Made by a program: the position numbers and the translations under genes. This document shows positions 47,111 through 55,322 of a stretch of 64,000 bases of DNA, in pieces; position 1 is the first letter of the stretch, and the number at the start of each line of letters is the position of its first letter. The notes beneath the pieces are model-generated. The model saw only the letters and a program-made list of their open reading frames with translations, did not search any database and was not told the origin of the DNA. The stretch is from a virus (taxonomy: Duplodnaviria; Heunggongvirae; Uroviricota; Caudoviricetes): the IMG/VR virus record IMGVR_UViG_3300009008_000002, one strand, 5' to 3'.

Positions 47111-48595
47111 TTAACTCGGCAGAACTTCTTCACCACCGTGCGCGATTTCTCTCTTATCGAGTTCTGCCTGACCCGCACTGGTGATGTAGTGTCGATTGGT
47201 CACAATGATGTAGGGTTCCTGATCCGGGGTGCTTTCCATGAGCCACGGAAGCACGAATTTTCGCAATTCCTCTTCCTTGCACCCTGCCACCACACAAAGC
47301 TGATTGATGGACATGGGGCGCTGACCCAAGGCACGCAGGATATTGAGCCGCCGATACGTCATACCAAAGGGGTCAACCCCTTGCATTTCAGCCGTTTCGG
47401 ACGCAAGGGCTTCGATACCACCGCCACCCTTCGCAGCACAAGCCAGTTGCACCATATTGGCGAAACTCAGTGCCTCACGGGGAACACGGCTACAATATCG
47501 AGCCACAACCTGACATACCGTAATATCCCAAGTTGGGTAATTGCGTTTAATGATTTCTGCGATTTCAGGCTTTGTGTAGAGCCTCAAATTAATATGGTGA
47601 AAACGATTTACAAAAGCATCGAACATCCTACCAACATCGGTAGTAGCGAAATGCCAGCAAATATTCTCACAATTAAGAACCGCACCTTTTTCAGTCACCA
47701 ACATGGCATCCTTGCGTTCGGTGGCCTTCAATAGTGCCTGTTCAATGTTGCTCTGCAAAGCGTGGGCTTCATCCAACAAAACCGTGCAGGGTTTTGCCAA
47801 CCACGTTCCGTCAGACAATTGAACTTTCGGAATCTGCTCAAAAATATCGTGCGCAGTCTTAACTGCTTTTGGACTGATCTCGATATGTTCAGTATCCAAG
47901 ACTTCCGAGAAAATCCTCGAAATCGTAGTTTTTCCAGCCGACGATGGACCCAAGAATGCCAAATTAATTCGGCAAACGTGGTTGGGATCACCAAGAGCTT
48001 GAAACAAAATCCACTTGAGAACCTTGACTGCATTCTCATTCCCTACGATTTGGCTCAAAGGACATTCATCAGATTTCAAATATCCTCGCCTGTCAGCCTC
48101 AGTCATAGGTTCCCAGCTATCAAATTCATCCTCAGCATCAACAGCTTCCACAACTTCGACTTCCTCGACGGTTTCGTTTCTGTCCAACAACTGACTAAGT
48201 TCACCCATGATTCTTTCACGAATACTGGCTTGACCTTGGCCAAGTCCCTCAAAATCGGCACCCGCTTGCATGAGAACCAAAATTTGGGCAGGGGTCATAT
48301 CCTCGGCATCGTAGGTTTTCTTACGCCATGCGGTAAAGGCGTTGTAAGTTTCTTCGCTCCAGGTGGTCCCGTCGTAGTAAGTCGTGGTAGCAGCGGTAGC
48401 AGCGGTAGCAGCAGCAGTAGTCTCCTCTCTTTCCTCCAATGCTGCAATCTGCAATTCTCTAAGCCTTCTATCCCTTGCTTCCTCTGCTTTTTTGAGGCGT
48501 TCTTCTTCTTCTTCTTTGCACTTTTCCTTAAGGTCATGGAACCAACCAAATAGGCCGGGATGCCAAGACCCGTTGTAATGTCCTCTGAAAAACAT
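47111..48595 (-). CDS. ruvB: RuvB-like AAA+ ATPase with ~170-aa N-terminal extension
   Basis: FLGPSSAGKTT, LLDEAH, ATTD.G...AF..RF, RVPREA, C-terminal winged helix. Confidence 0.75.
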   Translation of the reverse strand: MFFRGHYNGSWHPGLFGWFHDLKEKCKEEEEERLKKAEEARDRRLRELQIAALEEREETTAAATAATAATTTYYDGTTWSEETYNAFTAWRKKTYDAEDMTPAQILVLMQAGADFEGLGQGQASIRERIMGELSQLLDRNETVEEVEVVEAVDAEDEFDSWEPMTEADRRGYLKSDECPLSQIVGNENAVKVLKWILFQALGDPNHVCRINLAFLGPSSAGKTTISRIFSEVLDTEHIEISPKAVKTAHDIFEQIPKVQLSDGTWLAKPCTVLLDEAHALQSNIEQALLKATERKDAMLVTEKGAVLNCENICWHFATTDVGRMFDAFVNRFHHINLRLYTKPEIAEIIKRNYPTWDITVCQVVARYCSRVPREALSFANMVQLACAAKGGGGIEALASETAEMQGVDPFGMTYRRLNILRALGQRPMSINQLCVVAGCKEEELRKFVLPWLMESTPDQEPYIIVTNRHYITSAGQAELDKREIAHGGEEVLPS

Positions 48596-48665
48596 TTTTT
48601 CACCTTCAGGGTTTGGGGTTTGCTTTCAAGCTATATAGCCCAATTTTACCCTCCTGATCTGGAGA

Positions 48666-49280
48666 TCACAACATCCTGTCTAGCTTAGGGGGATTTTCTA
48701 GGGTTTCGATCACTGTTTCGATTCGAGCCATTGCACCCACGCCCTCGTCGTTACAGGCGAGTTTTTTCGAGATTGGCGGCACAACAATCGTCCCCCACTC
48801 CTCCAGGGTGGCAAGTTGACCACCCGTTACGGGGGCTTCCCACATAAAAGTGTTCATGGCAGGAGCGACTATGAATGGTTTATCCCAATCCCATGCACGG
48901 GCAACGCAAGTCAAGAGATTATCACATAAGCCATTCGCAATCTTGGCCATCGTATTAGCACTGAGAGGCGCAATTACCATCGCATCTGCCCACTTGCGTA
49001 ACTCGATATGTAGAACCGGATCATCTTTTTTCCATTTATCTCGATGAAAACCTACCTTCTCACCCCCCACTTCAGCTACGTCTTCCCACTGCCATTCGTC
49101 TCGGTCGATGTAAACATCAAAATGTTTACTTAATTTTTTGTAGTCTTCATCGGGGAGAATTTTAAGACCCGACTCAGTGAAAATAATTGATAGTTCATGC
49201 CCCTTCACTGCCAATGCATGAACCATTTTAAAAGCCAGCACGGAGGCAACACTTCCAGTGAATCCAAGCAAAACTTTCAT
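48666..49280 (-). CDS. coaC: Phosphopantothenoylcysteine decarboxylase (HFCD flavoprotein)
   Basis: TGSVA, HIELRKWAD, APLSANT.AKIA.GLCDNLLT, PAMN..MW, KLAC.D.G.GAM. Confidence 0.85.
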   Translation of the reverse strand: MKVLLGFTGSVASVLAFKMVHALAVKGHELSIIFTESGLKILPDEDYKKLSKHFDVYIDRDEWQWEDVAEVGGEKVGFHRDKWKKDDPVLHIELRKWADAMVIAPLSANTMAKIANGLCDNLLTCVARAWDWDKPFIVAPAMNTFMWEAPVTGGQLATLEEWGTIVVPPISKKLACNDEGVGAMARIETVIETLENPPKLDRML

Positions 49281-49594
49281 TAAATTCCCTCAACTTTAGC
49301 TTTGGCCTCGTCAAAACTCACACCCACAAAGATTAAAACTAAACCATTGTTAGTGTCATCATCGGGGAGAGCAGGAGTGTCTTCATCCTCATCATCAATA
49401 TCGTATCCAACGAAAGTAGAGAAACTTCGTTTGCCACCTGCGCGAACACCAGCCTCAAAACCATCCCTTTCCGACCAGTATTCATCCAAAGATTCATGTT
49501 CAGATGTAAAATACGACCAATCCGCACCGGCCTGCAATTTACTTAAAGGTTTACCTACGCAAAGATCGCTGAGTTCTTGTTCTTGCGGTTCCAT
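49280..49594 (-). CDS. Acidic hypothetical protein
   Basis: TAATG coupling. Confidence 0.7.
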   Translation of the reverse strand: MEPQEQELSDLCVGKPLSKLQAGADWSYFTSEHESLDEYWSERDGFEAGVRAGGKRSFSTFVGYDIDDEDEDTPALPDDDTNNGLVLIFVGVSFDEAKAKVEGI

Positions 49595-49597
49595 ATA

Positions 49598-49975
49598 TCA
49601 CCTTCTCAACAACCTCTCGTAAATTTCCTTTGATGCTTGTCGGCAGGGCTGAGTGAAGTTGTGGAAATCAGTCGCTTCTCCAACAATATCCACCCAAGTA
49701 AACGGCACTTCAATGTCACCATCTACCTTGGCAAGAAACACTTCGCCCTCTTTCGGTCTTACCCCAAACAGGGTTTCAAATTCAGCACCCGTAATATCGA
49801 CACACTCTGTATTGCTTGTGTCCCACCAATTTAACTCGTCTGTCTGCGAAGCCAACAAGGCATCCCAACCAGGATTCTCGTCAGAAGCAAGACAACACTC
49901 AATTGTAGGGTCGCCCAAATCCGAATTATCGAGACGTTCATGGTAAACTTGATCAATGCAAAGTCTCACTATCAT
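49598..49975 (-). CDS. Hypothetical protein
   Basis: GGAGG RBS; ATGA overlap. Confidence 0.7.
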   Translation of the reverse strand: MIVRLCIDQVYHERLDNSDLGDPTIECCLASDENPGWDALLASQTDELNWWDTSNTECVDITGAEFETLFGVRPKEGEVFLAKVDGDIEVPFTWVDIVGEATDFHNFTQPCRQASKEIYERLLRR

Positions 49976-50583
49976 GTCATTCCTCCAATTTTTGAGGCAG
50001 TCAATAAATGTAGGGTGGGATCAATCAAGCCTTCTGGCTGTTCTTCTCCCTTTTCCCACGTTCCATTCGACAAAACACCATGCGCATGTAGCGTAAGGTG
50101 CAACATACTTGTAGGTCGCCCCTTATCCTTTTTTAACACTCGTTTCACATGCCCAATTAAATCGCCCGCTTTTATTGTAGGCGCACTCCATCCACCAGAC
50201 CACAAATTACCTGCAAGTTTTGTGGGTATGCGCATTGCGGCTGGGACAATCTCCCCATAGACAACAATTCCGGTATTCCCTGCCACTGATATAGCCCAGG
50301 TATCTTCCCACCAGGGGCATCCAGCATCAACACCAGTAAAGGGGCGAATGTGGACTATCGCCCCATCTTCTACAGCATAGACAGGCGTGCCCACAGGACA
50401 ATATAAATCTACGCCCTTGTGAACATCATGCCTGCGCTCAGCACCAAAAGAACCAACATGATCCTCTGGATTTTCAGGGTGTCTTACAGGAACCTCTACT
50501 TGTTTTGTAATATCAATGTTCTGGAAGGACATTGAATCATAAGTAGGGCCGATTATTTCAAAATCAAGGGGAAACTGCCACAT
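49972..50583 (-). CDS. Peptidase M23-family protein
   Basis: HKGVDL...GTPVYAV.DG; LIGHV; HLTL (HxH variant). Confidence 0.8.
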   Translation of the reverse strand: MWQFPLDFEIIGPTYDSMSFQNIDITKQVEVPVRHPENPEDHVGSFGAERRHDVHKGVDLYCPVGTPVYAVEDGAIVHIRPFTGVDAGCPWWEDTWAISVAGNTGIVVYGEIVPAAMRIPTKLAGNLWSGGWSAPTIKAGDLIGHVKRVLKKDKGRPTSMLHLTLHAHGVLSNGTWEKGEEQPEGLIDPTLHLLTASKIGGMT

Positions 50584-51049
50584 TTTTGAACCCGCAATCT
50601 ACATCATTAACATCTGGAACTGGACCTACACCTGGAACTGGACCTACACCCCGTTGACCAATGAATCCACACTGACAAATATAAAAGCTAGGAACTTTCC
50701 CAACATCAGGAACTTCCTTAGCTTCCAAACACTGGACCTTACTACCGCAATCAGGGCACTCACTTTCTGTTTTAAATTTCACATAAAGAGTTTCCCTGTA
50801 AAGTTCTGGATCTTTTAAAACCGCATCAATTGCCTGAACAATATCCCCAGCCTGGACGTTCCCAACTAACCTTGCTTCAGGGACGTGGCAATCGGCACAT
50901 GCGCCAACCGCCAGCAACACGTCTGCTGGTTTAGCATCGTCCGTGTTCCTGTGGGCATAACAGGGATTAAATGTTCGTTCGTGCATGGCAAACTCATATT
51001 CACATATACCCAAAACATCTAACAATTCGTCAGTTGGTGGGTCTGTCAT
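50564..51049 (-). CDS. Cys-rich hypothetical protein
   Basis: CPDC, CQCG; GVGPVP duplicated. Confidence 0.65.
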   Translation of the reverse strand: MTDPPTDELLDVLGICEYEFAMHERTFNPCYAHRNTDDAKPADVLLAVGACADCHVPEARLVGNVQAGDIVQAIDAVLKDPELYRETLYVKFKTESECPDCGSKVQCLEAKEVPDVGKVPSFYICQCGFIGQRGVGPVPGVGPVPDVNDVDCGFKNVAVSP

Positions 51050-51465
51050 TTTTCTACCGGCTGAAAAAAGACACCATTAACTTCATCCAGTTTAACCCAA
51101 AATCGCATGGTGCCTCTACCTTTTTTAATTCGCTCATCTGAACAGGTTTTTTTGTTGGCGATAAAGGTGATAGAATCGAAATCACTCACACCCTTGCGAA
51201 TATAAATTCTATCAATAGTGAGTTGTGTCCCTTCGGGAATTGTAACCTCACCATAATCTTTTAGTTTGGTCGGCTGATGCCCTCGATAGTTTGGGGGTTG
51301 ATCCATGTCGGGCACGTATTCACTGCTGTAGCGATGCTCGTCTGGACCCCAAAACTCCAAGGCTTTAAGCAAGCCAGCATTACGCCTCTCAGCGTATAAA
51401 GTAAAAACCCAATCTTCTGTGACTTGGATTTTATCGCCTATTGAGGGAACATGAAAAACAGGCAT
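51046..51465 (-). CDS. Conserved phage hypothetical protein
   Basis: DRIYIRKG...S.TF...RFWVKL motif; GGAGG RBS. Confidence 0.75.
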   Translation of the reverse strand: MPVFHVPSIGDKIQVTEDWVFTLYAERRNAGLLKALEFWGPDEHRYSSEYVPDMDQPPNYRGHQPTKLKDYGEVTIPEGTQLTIDRIYIRKGVSDFDSITFIANKKTCSDERIKKGRGTMRFWVKLDEVNGVFFQPVEK

Positions 51466-52188
51466 TTATTTCCTCCACCAGTCATGGTAGTCCACGATAT
51501 GTTTCATTAAATCAGCCGCCAACCGATCAGAAGGACCAATCACACTGCTTGCTCCATCATTCTCAAAAATGGTCAGCTTGTGTTGTCCTGCGCGTAAATC
51601 AGTCAAGTCGTTTGCCACAACGAGATCACTGCCCGCCTCTTTTATTTGTTTCATCGCGGCGGCTTTTAATTGTTCTGGTGTGGAGCCAGACAGCAATTTA
51701 AAACCTACAAGCATGGTAGCAGGACACCATTCCTTGACGTGTTTAATTAGTTTGGGCAATGGCTCGAATTTAAGCGATTTATTCTTGCCGGAACTAATTT
51801 TTCCTTCGGTGCGAGCTACACCGAAGTCGCTGACAGCCGCAGCTAGAATGGTAATGTCGGGATGTTCCTGCCGAAGCAGGGTTTCCAAGCCACCGGCATA
51901 TTCATCGAAGGTGCCATAGGGGCGTTCAACATACCAGGAATGTCGATGGAGCTTATTGATTTCTGCAAGCTCTTCGACAATATCATCGAGGCTTCTCCGA
52001 TCTAAATCGGCATCCACCACGAAAGGACGACGAGAACCTTTGGCGCACAGGTAATAAACGCGATGCGAGTCCTTCAACGCAACGCGGGCGATTTGGCAAC
52101 CAAACCGCCCGCTACTCATGTTCGTAATTTTTCGCACATCATCTATCGGTACGCTGGTTCCTCCACTACTGATTAAAACTTTCTTCAT
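51466..52188 (-). CDS. coaB: Phosphopantothenate-cysteine ligase
   Basis: SSGGT..PID.VR.ITN.SSG..G, AAAVSDF, LVGFKL, VVANDL. Confidence 0.85.
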   Translation of the reverse strand: MKKVLISSGGTSVPIDDVRKITNMSSGRFGCQIARVALKDSHRVYYLCAKGSRRPFVVDADLDRRSLDDIVEELAEINKLHRHSWYVERPYGTFDEYAGGLETLLRQEHPDITILAAAVSDFGVARTEGKISSGKNKSLKFEPLPKLIKHVKEWCPATMLVGFKLLSGSTPEQLKAAAMKQIKEAGSDLVVANDLTDLRAGQHKLTIFENDGASSVIGPSDRLAADLMKHIVDYHDWWRK

Positions 52189-53158
52189 CTTTCATTGCCT
52201 CATAAAGCACCCGCAACTGTGCAAGAGTTTCATTTAACAATTGTCCAGCGCGAGTCCGAGACTTGCCGTGTCGCTTAGCGACTTCGGCTTTCCAGCCATG
52301 AAACGGAGTCTGACAACCGATCAACAGATCCCTTTGGAAATCTGTCAGGTTTGCCATCTCCACGCATTTTTGAATCGCTTCGTGCAACTCTTTGGTTGCA
52401 ACAGTCTCAGATACATTCGCATCTTCTAATTCACAGTCGAACGATGTTAAATCCCAGTGGTGTTCTCCCCACCGTCCGAATCCAGCGCTTGTCCGACTCA
52501 TTGTTTTGAAATCGGTTTCACTAATTACTGTGGAAAGCGCCTTGGCGAGGATATGTGCCTCATCCAAATTTAATTCGGCCTGGATCACGTATTCATCGAA
52601 CGTTATTGGCACCGGGCAATTGGCTCTATATTGTTCGTAGCCCTGCACCAACTTTCTAGCGTTCTCAGCCGATGGGGGAACCATCGGTAGTTTCATGTTT
52701 TCAATCTCTCTACGCAACCGTCGTTCGATTGCCCACCAGAGGTAGGTTATAAACTCAACGCCGCCGATGTAGCCGTAGTGAGCCTCTGAGAAGGCCATGT
52801 GGGCTTCTTGGTATAAATCAGCAAAGAGTTGGTGCCGATCTTGACCACTGACCCTCTCGACCCAGACCGACGTGCGCAACGTGATCAACGGTGCGAAACC
52901 TCGCATCATTTCCCACTCAATTTCTTTAACGCGCATGATCGCGTCGAAATCGGTTTGTGGGAATACTTGTTCAATCTTGCCAAGCCTCAAACCCGGCTTA
53001 ATGTGCCCCGAAAACAGCAATTTGCGAAAATGTTGCTTTTTCCGGTTCCCTAGTGCTGAAAAGGCCCAGTGTTTCAGGAGTTTGTTGCCATCTGCCATAA
53101 TCTGGCAGCACTCCTCTAATCTAGCCCTAGACAGCTTGACGTGCTGAATAAACTGCAT
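52166..53158 (-). CDS. Sigma70-family RNA polymerase sigma factor (divergent)
   Basis: Region 2 DLYQEA..A...F.TYLWWAI; region 4 LT..QR.L...EVA..HG.SR.R..QL. Confidence 0.75.
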   Translation of the reverse strand: MQFIQHVKLSRARLEECCQIMADGNKLLKHWAFSALGNRKKQHFRKLLFSGHIKPGLRLGKIEQVFPQTDFDAIMRVKEIEWEMMRGFAPLITLRTSVWVERVSGQDRHQLFADLYQEAHMAFSEAHYGYIGGVEFITYLWWAIERRLRREIENMKLPMVPPSAENARKLVQGYEQYRANCPVPITFDEYVIQAELNLDEAHILAKALSTVISETDFKTMSRTSAGFGRWGEHHWDLTSFDCELEDANVSETVATKELHEAIQKCVEMANLTDFQRDLLIGCQTPFHGWKAEVAKRHGKSRTRAGQLLNETLAQLRVLYEAMKDEESFNQ

Positions 53159-53261
53159 AGTCCAATCCTTGAGTGTGTAACGGTTTGGAATCTTGCCAAC
53201 TCCAATTTTTTTGACCCGTCCTCAAGGGGCCAGGGGATATAGGCGGTAATGGCTGGTGACT

Positions 53262-53289
53262 ATTGTAGCACAATAATGCTCATTGTGAA
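53262..53289 (-). promoter_or_regulatory. Early promoter TTCACA-N16-TACAAT (extended -10, TGC) for the sigma gene
   Basis: Matches consensus. Confidence 0.75.
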
Positions 53290-53538
53290 GCTAGTAAGGC
53301 TAAATACGAGTGTGAGAAATCGTTTTTTCACATCACCGATTATTTGCTGTCACAAGACGCAATAACAGCAGTCTCAGCATTTTCGGAAGATACCAAAAGT
53401 GAAAAAGCGATTCAAGACCAATAAACGACCATTACAAAAAAAAACGACAAAAAAAAAGATAGCATCCTTGATCAACGTGAAAAATAGAGAATCTGGGCGA
53501 TTTTTGAGAAGACACCAGATCCACAGAGGAGGTTCACC

Positions 53539-54234
53539 ATGAGGCAGAGAGTCAGCATAGTAGAGGGCAGAAAACCGATTTTGATAATCGCCCCATACGG
53601 GCCGAATCATAAAAATACTGATACACTCGTTGAAATGCTCGCCAAAAGAGTAGACGGCTTTGCAGTGATTAATTGGGGCTGGTGTAGGTCGCCTGTGATA
53701 AATTATAAAAAAGATTTAGCGGATTGTGGTAATATCAATCAACTTCACCAGAACATCTTATACGATGAATTTCTCGACCCCATAATAAGATTTAAAAATA
53801 GAATATCAAGATTCCACCAGACCGTTCACATTTTCATTATGACAGGACATGTAGGCGACTCGGTGCCACAGGGAATCGACATGATTGTGGGGTATGGGAA
53901 AACAACATCTTATACTTGTGAAGAATGGCGCAAAAACCTATTCATGTATCTGGCAAAGAAAGAAAGTATTAATATTTTTGAAGCCAAAAGCACAAGCAAC
54001 CTCTCAGCAACAACACGGCAACACATTAACCAATTATTCAAAAGTTGGTATCCAGATCGCCATGTACAGAGTATGCAACTAGATGTTGTTCACGGCTTAA
54101 GAAACACCAAGGATGACGTAGAAATCCTAGTCGAATTTCTCGGTAGCGTAATGCTAAAACATTATATTTTGCCTAAACAAAAGGCCAAAGCCTTAGTTCC
54201 TGATGATTTTAAAATACGAATACTTAATCCGTAG
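53539..54234 (+). CDS. Hypothetical protein, weak N-formylglutamate amidohydrolase-like fold
   Basis: GGAGG RBS; PILIIAP...FAVIN; CTAAATA upstream at 53300-53306. Confidence 0.7.
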   Translation: MRQRVSIVEGRKPILIIAPYGPNHKNTDTLVEMLAKRVDGFAVINWGWCRSPVINYKKDLADCGNINQLHQNILYDEFLDPIIRFKNRISRFHQTVHIFIMTGHVGDSVPQGIDMIVGYGKTTSYTCEEWRKNLFMYLAKKESINIFEAKSTSNLSATTRQHINQLFKSWYPDRHVQSMQLDVVHGLRNTKDDVEILVEFLGSVMLKHYILPKQKAKALVPDDFKIRILNP

Positions 54235-54784
54235 ACCAAGCATCAAAAAGATTTTCAGTCGCCTCAGTGCTTTTAATATGGGGTGGTCGCTGATTCAGCC
54301 TCCAGTCCCTTTCAAAGAACACTAGATCCTTTCTATCCAAATTATGATTGTAGACGTGCCAGTTGTTGTTGTGAGTTGCACCTAACAACTGCACTCTGGT
54401 CTTTAAAACTTCATTGGACTCTTGCAGATTAGCAACGTCCTCACGAAGCCTAATCATCCTATCATAATAATAATAATCAGGATCTTGTTTTTGTGGTCGT
54501 TGATAATGTGGATCGGTCGGGTAAAGCTGCGGTGGTCGCACCTGTTGCGTAACAGGCTGCTGAACTCCTTTATTGTTATTCATGATCACAAAACCAAGAC
54601 CTAAAGCCAAAACTAACAACAATCCTAGATACAATGGGCGATTGTCATTACTTTTCTTTCGTTGGATAATCGTTGGTGTCCCAGACACGGTTTCTACCTC
54701 CACATTGGCGCTTCCGCCTGCATATGCTCTCCTTGCAAATAAATTTCCTATATCATCTCTCATATCATCCCACTTGCCACTCAT
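54224..54784 (-). CDS. Single-TM coiled-coil late protein
   Basis: ATATATAG at 54812-54819; GGAGG RBS. Confidence 0.75.
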   Translation of the reverse strand: MSGKWDDMRDDIGNLFARRAYAGGSANVEVETVSGTPTIIQRKKSNDNRPLYLGLLLVLALGLGFVIMNNNKGVQQPVTQQVRPPQLYPTDPHYQRPQKQDPDYYYYDRMIRLREDVANLQESNEVLKTRVQLLGATHNNNWHVYNHNLDRKDLVFFERDWRLNQRPPHIKSTEATENLFDAWSTD

Positions 54785-54872
54785 TGCAGTTCCTCCACAC
54801 TTATTCTTGTACTATATATGCGAAAGAAACAGAAACATACATTGATTTTATCGACTCCTGGTATTATTATAG

Positions 54873-55322
54873 TTATCTCATTTGATTTATAATGAAATGC
54901 ACTTCTTGCCCTTCTAAACCTTGCTGCATGAGGTATTGAGTAGTTTGCGCAACATCAACTACCCCCTGATTTTTTTGCATTAATGACTGGGCTAATCTAG
55001 CCCCCAACCCACCTTCTAAGGCTTCTATTCTGCTAGGTTTATCAAGACTTTGGAGTTGTTGTATAATTTGCCCTATCTCGTCTTTGCTGCCCCAAAAAGT
55101 CACTCCCTCATTTTTTTTATTCACATATTTGGGGCGGGGAATCTGATTTCCTGCTTTCAGCACTTTAAAAGGCTCTGTAACTCCCATGTTTTCTAAATCC
55201 CCAGGATAATCCTTGCTTAAATCGTCTCGAATATCTCGCACGCCAGCAGGCGGTTTAGGGATGTGTTGTTTTAATTTTTTAGCCTTTTCATGCTCAGTTA
55301 GCCATTGTTCAAAAGTTTTCAC
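54873..55322 (-). CDS. Late protein with capsid-targeting-like N-terminus
   Basis: MKTFEQWLTE. Confidence 0.75.
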   Translation of the reverse strand: MKTFEQWLTEHEKAKKLKQHIPKPPAGVRDIRDDLSKDYPGDLENMGVTEPFKVLKAGNQIPRPKYVNKKNEGVTFWGSKDEIGQIIQQLQSLDKPSRIEALEGGLGARLAQSLMQKNQGVVDVAQTTQYLMQQGLEGQEVHFIINQMR

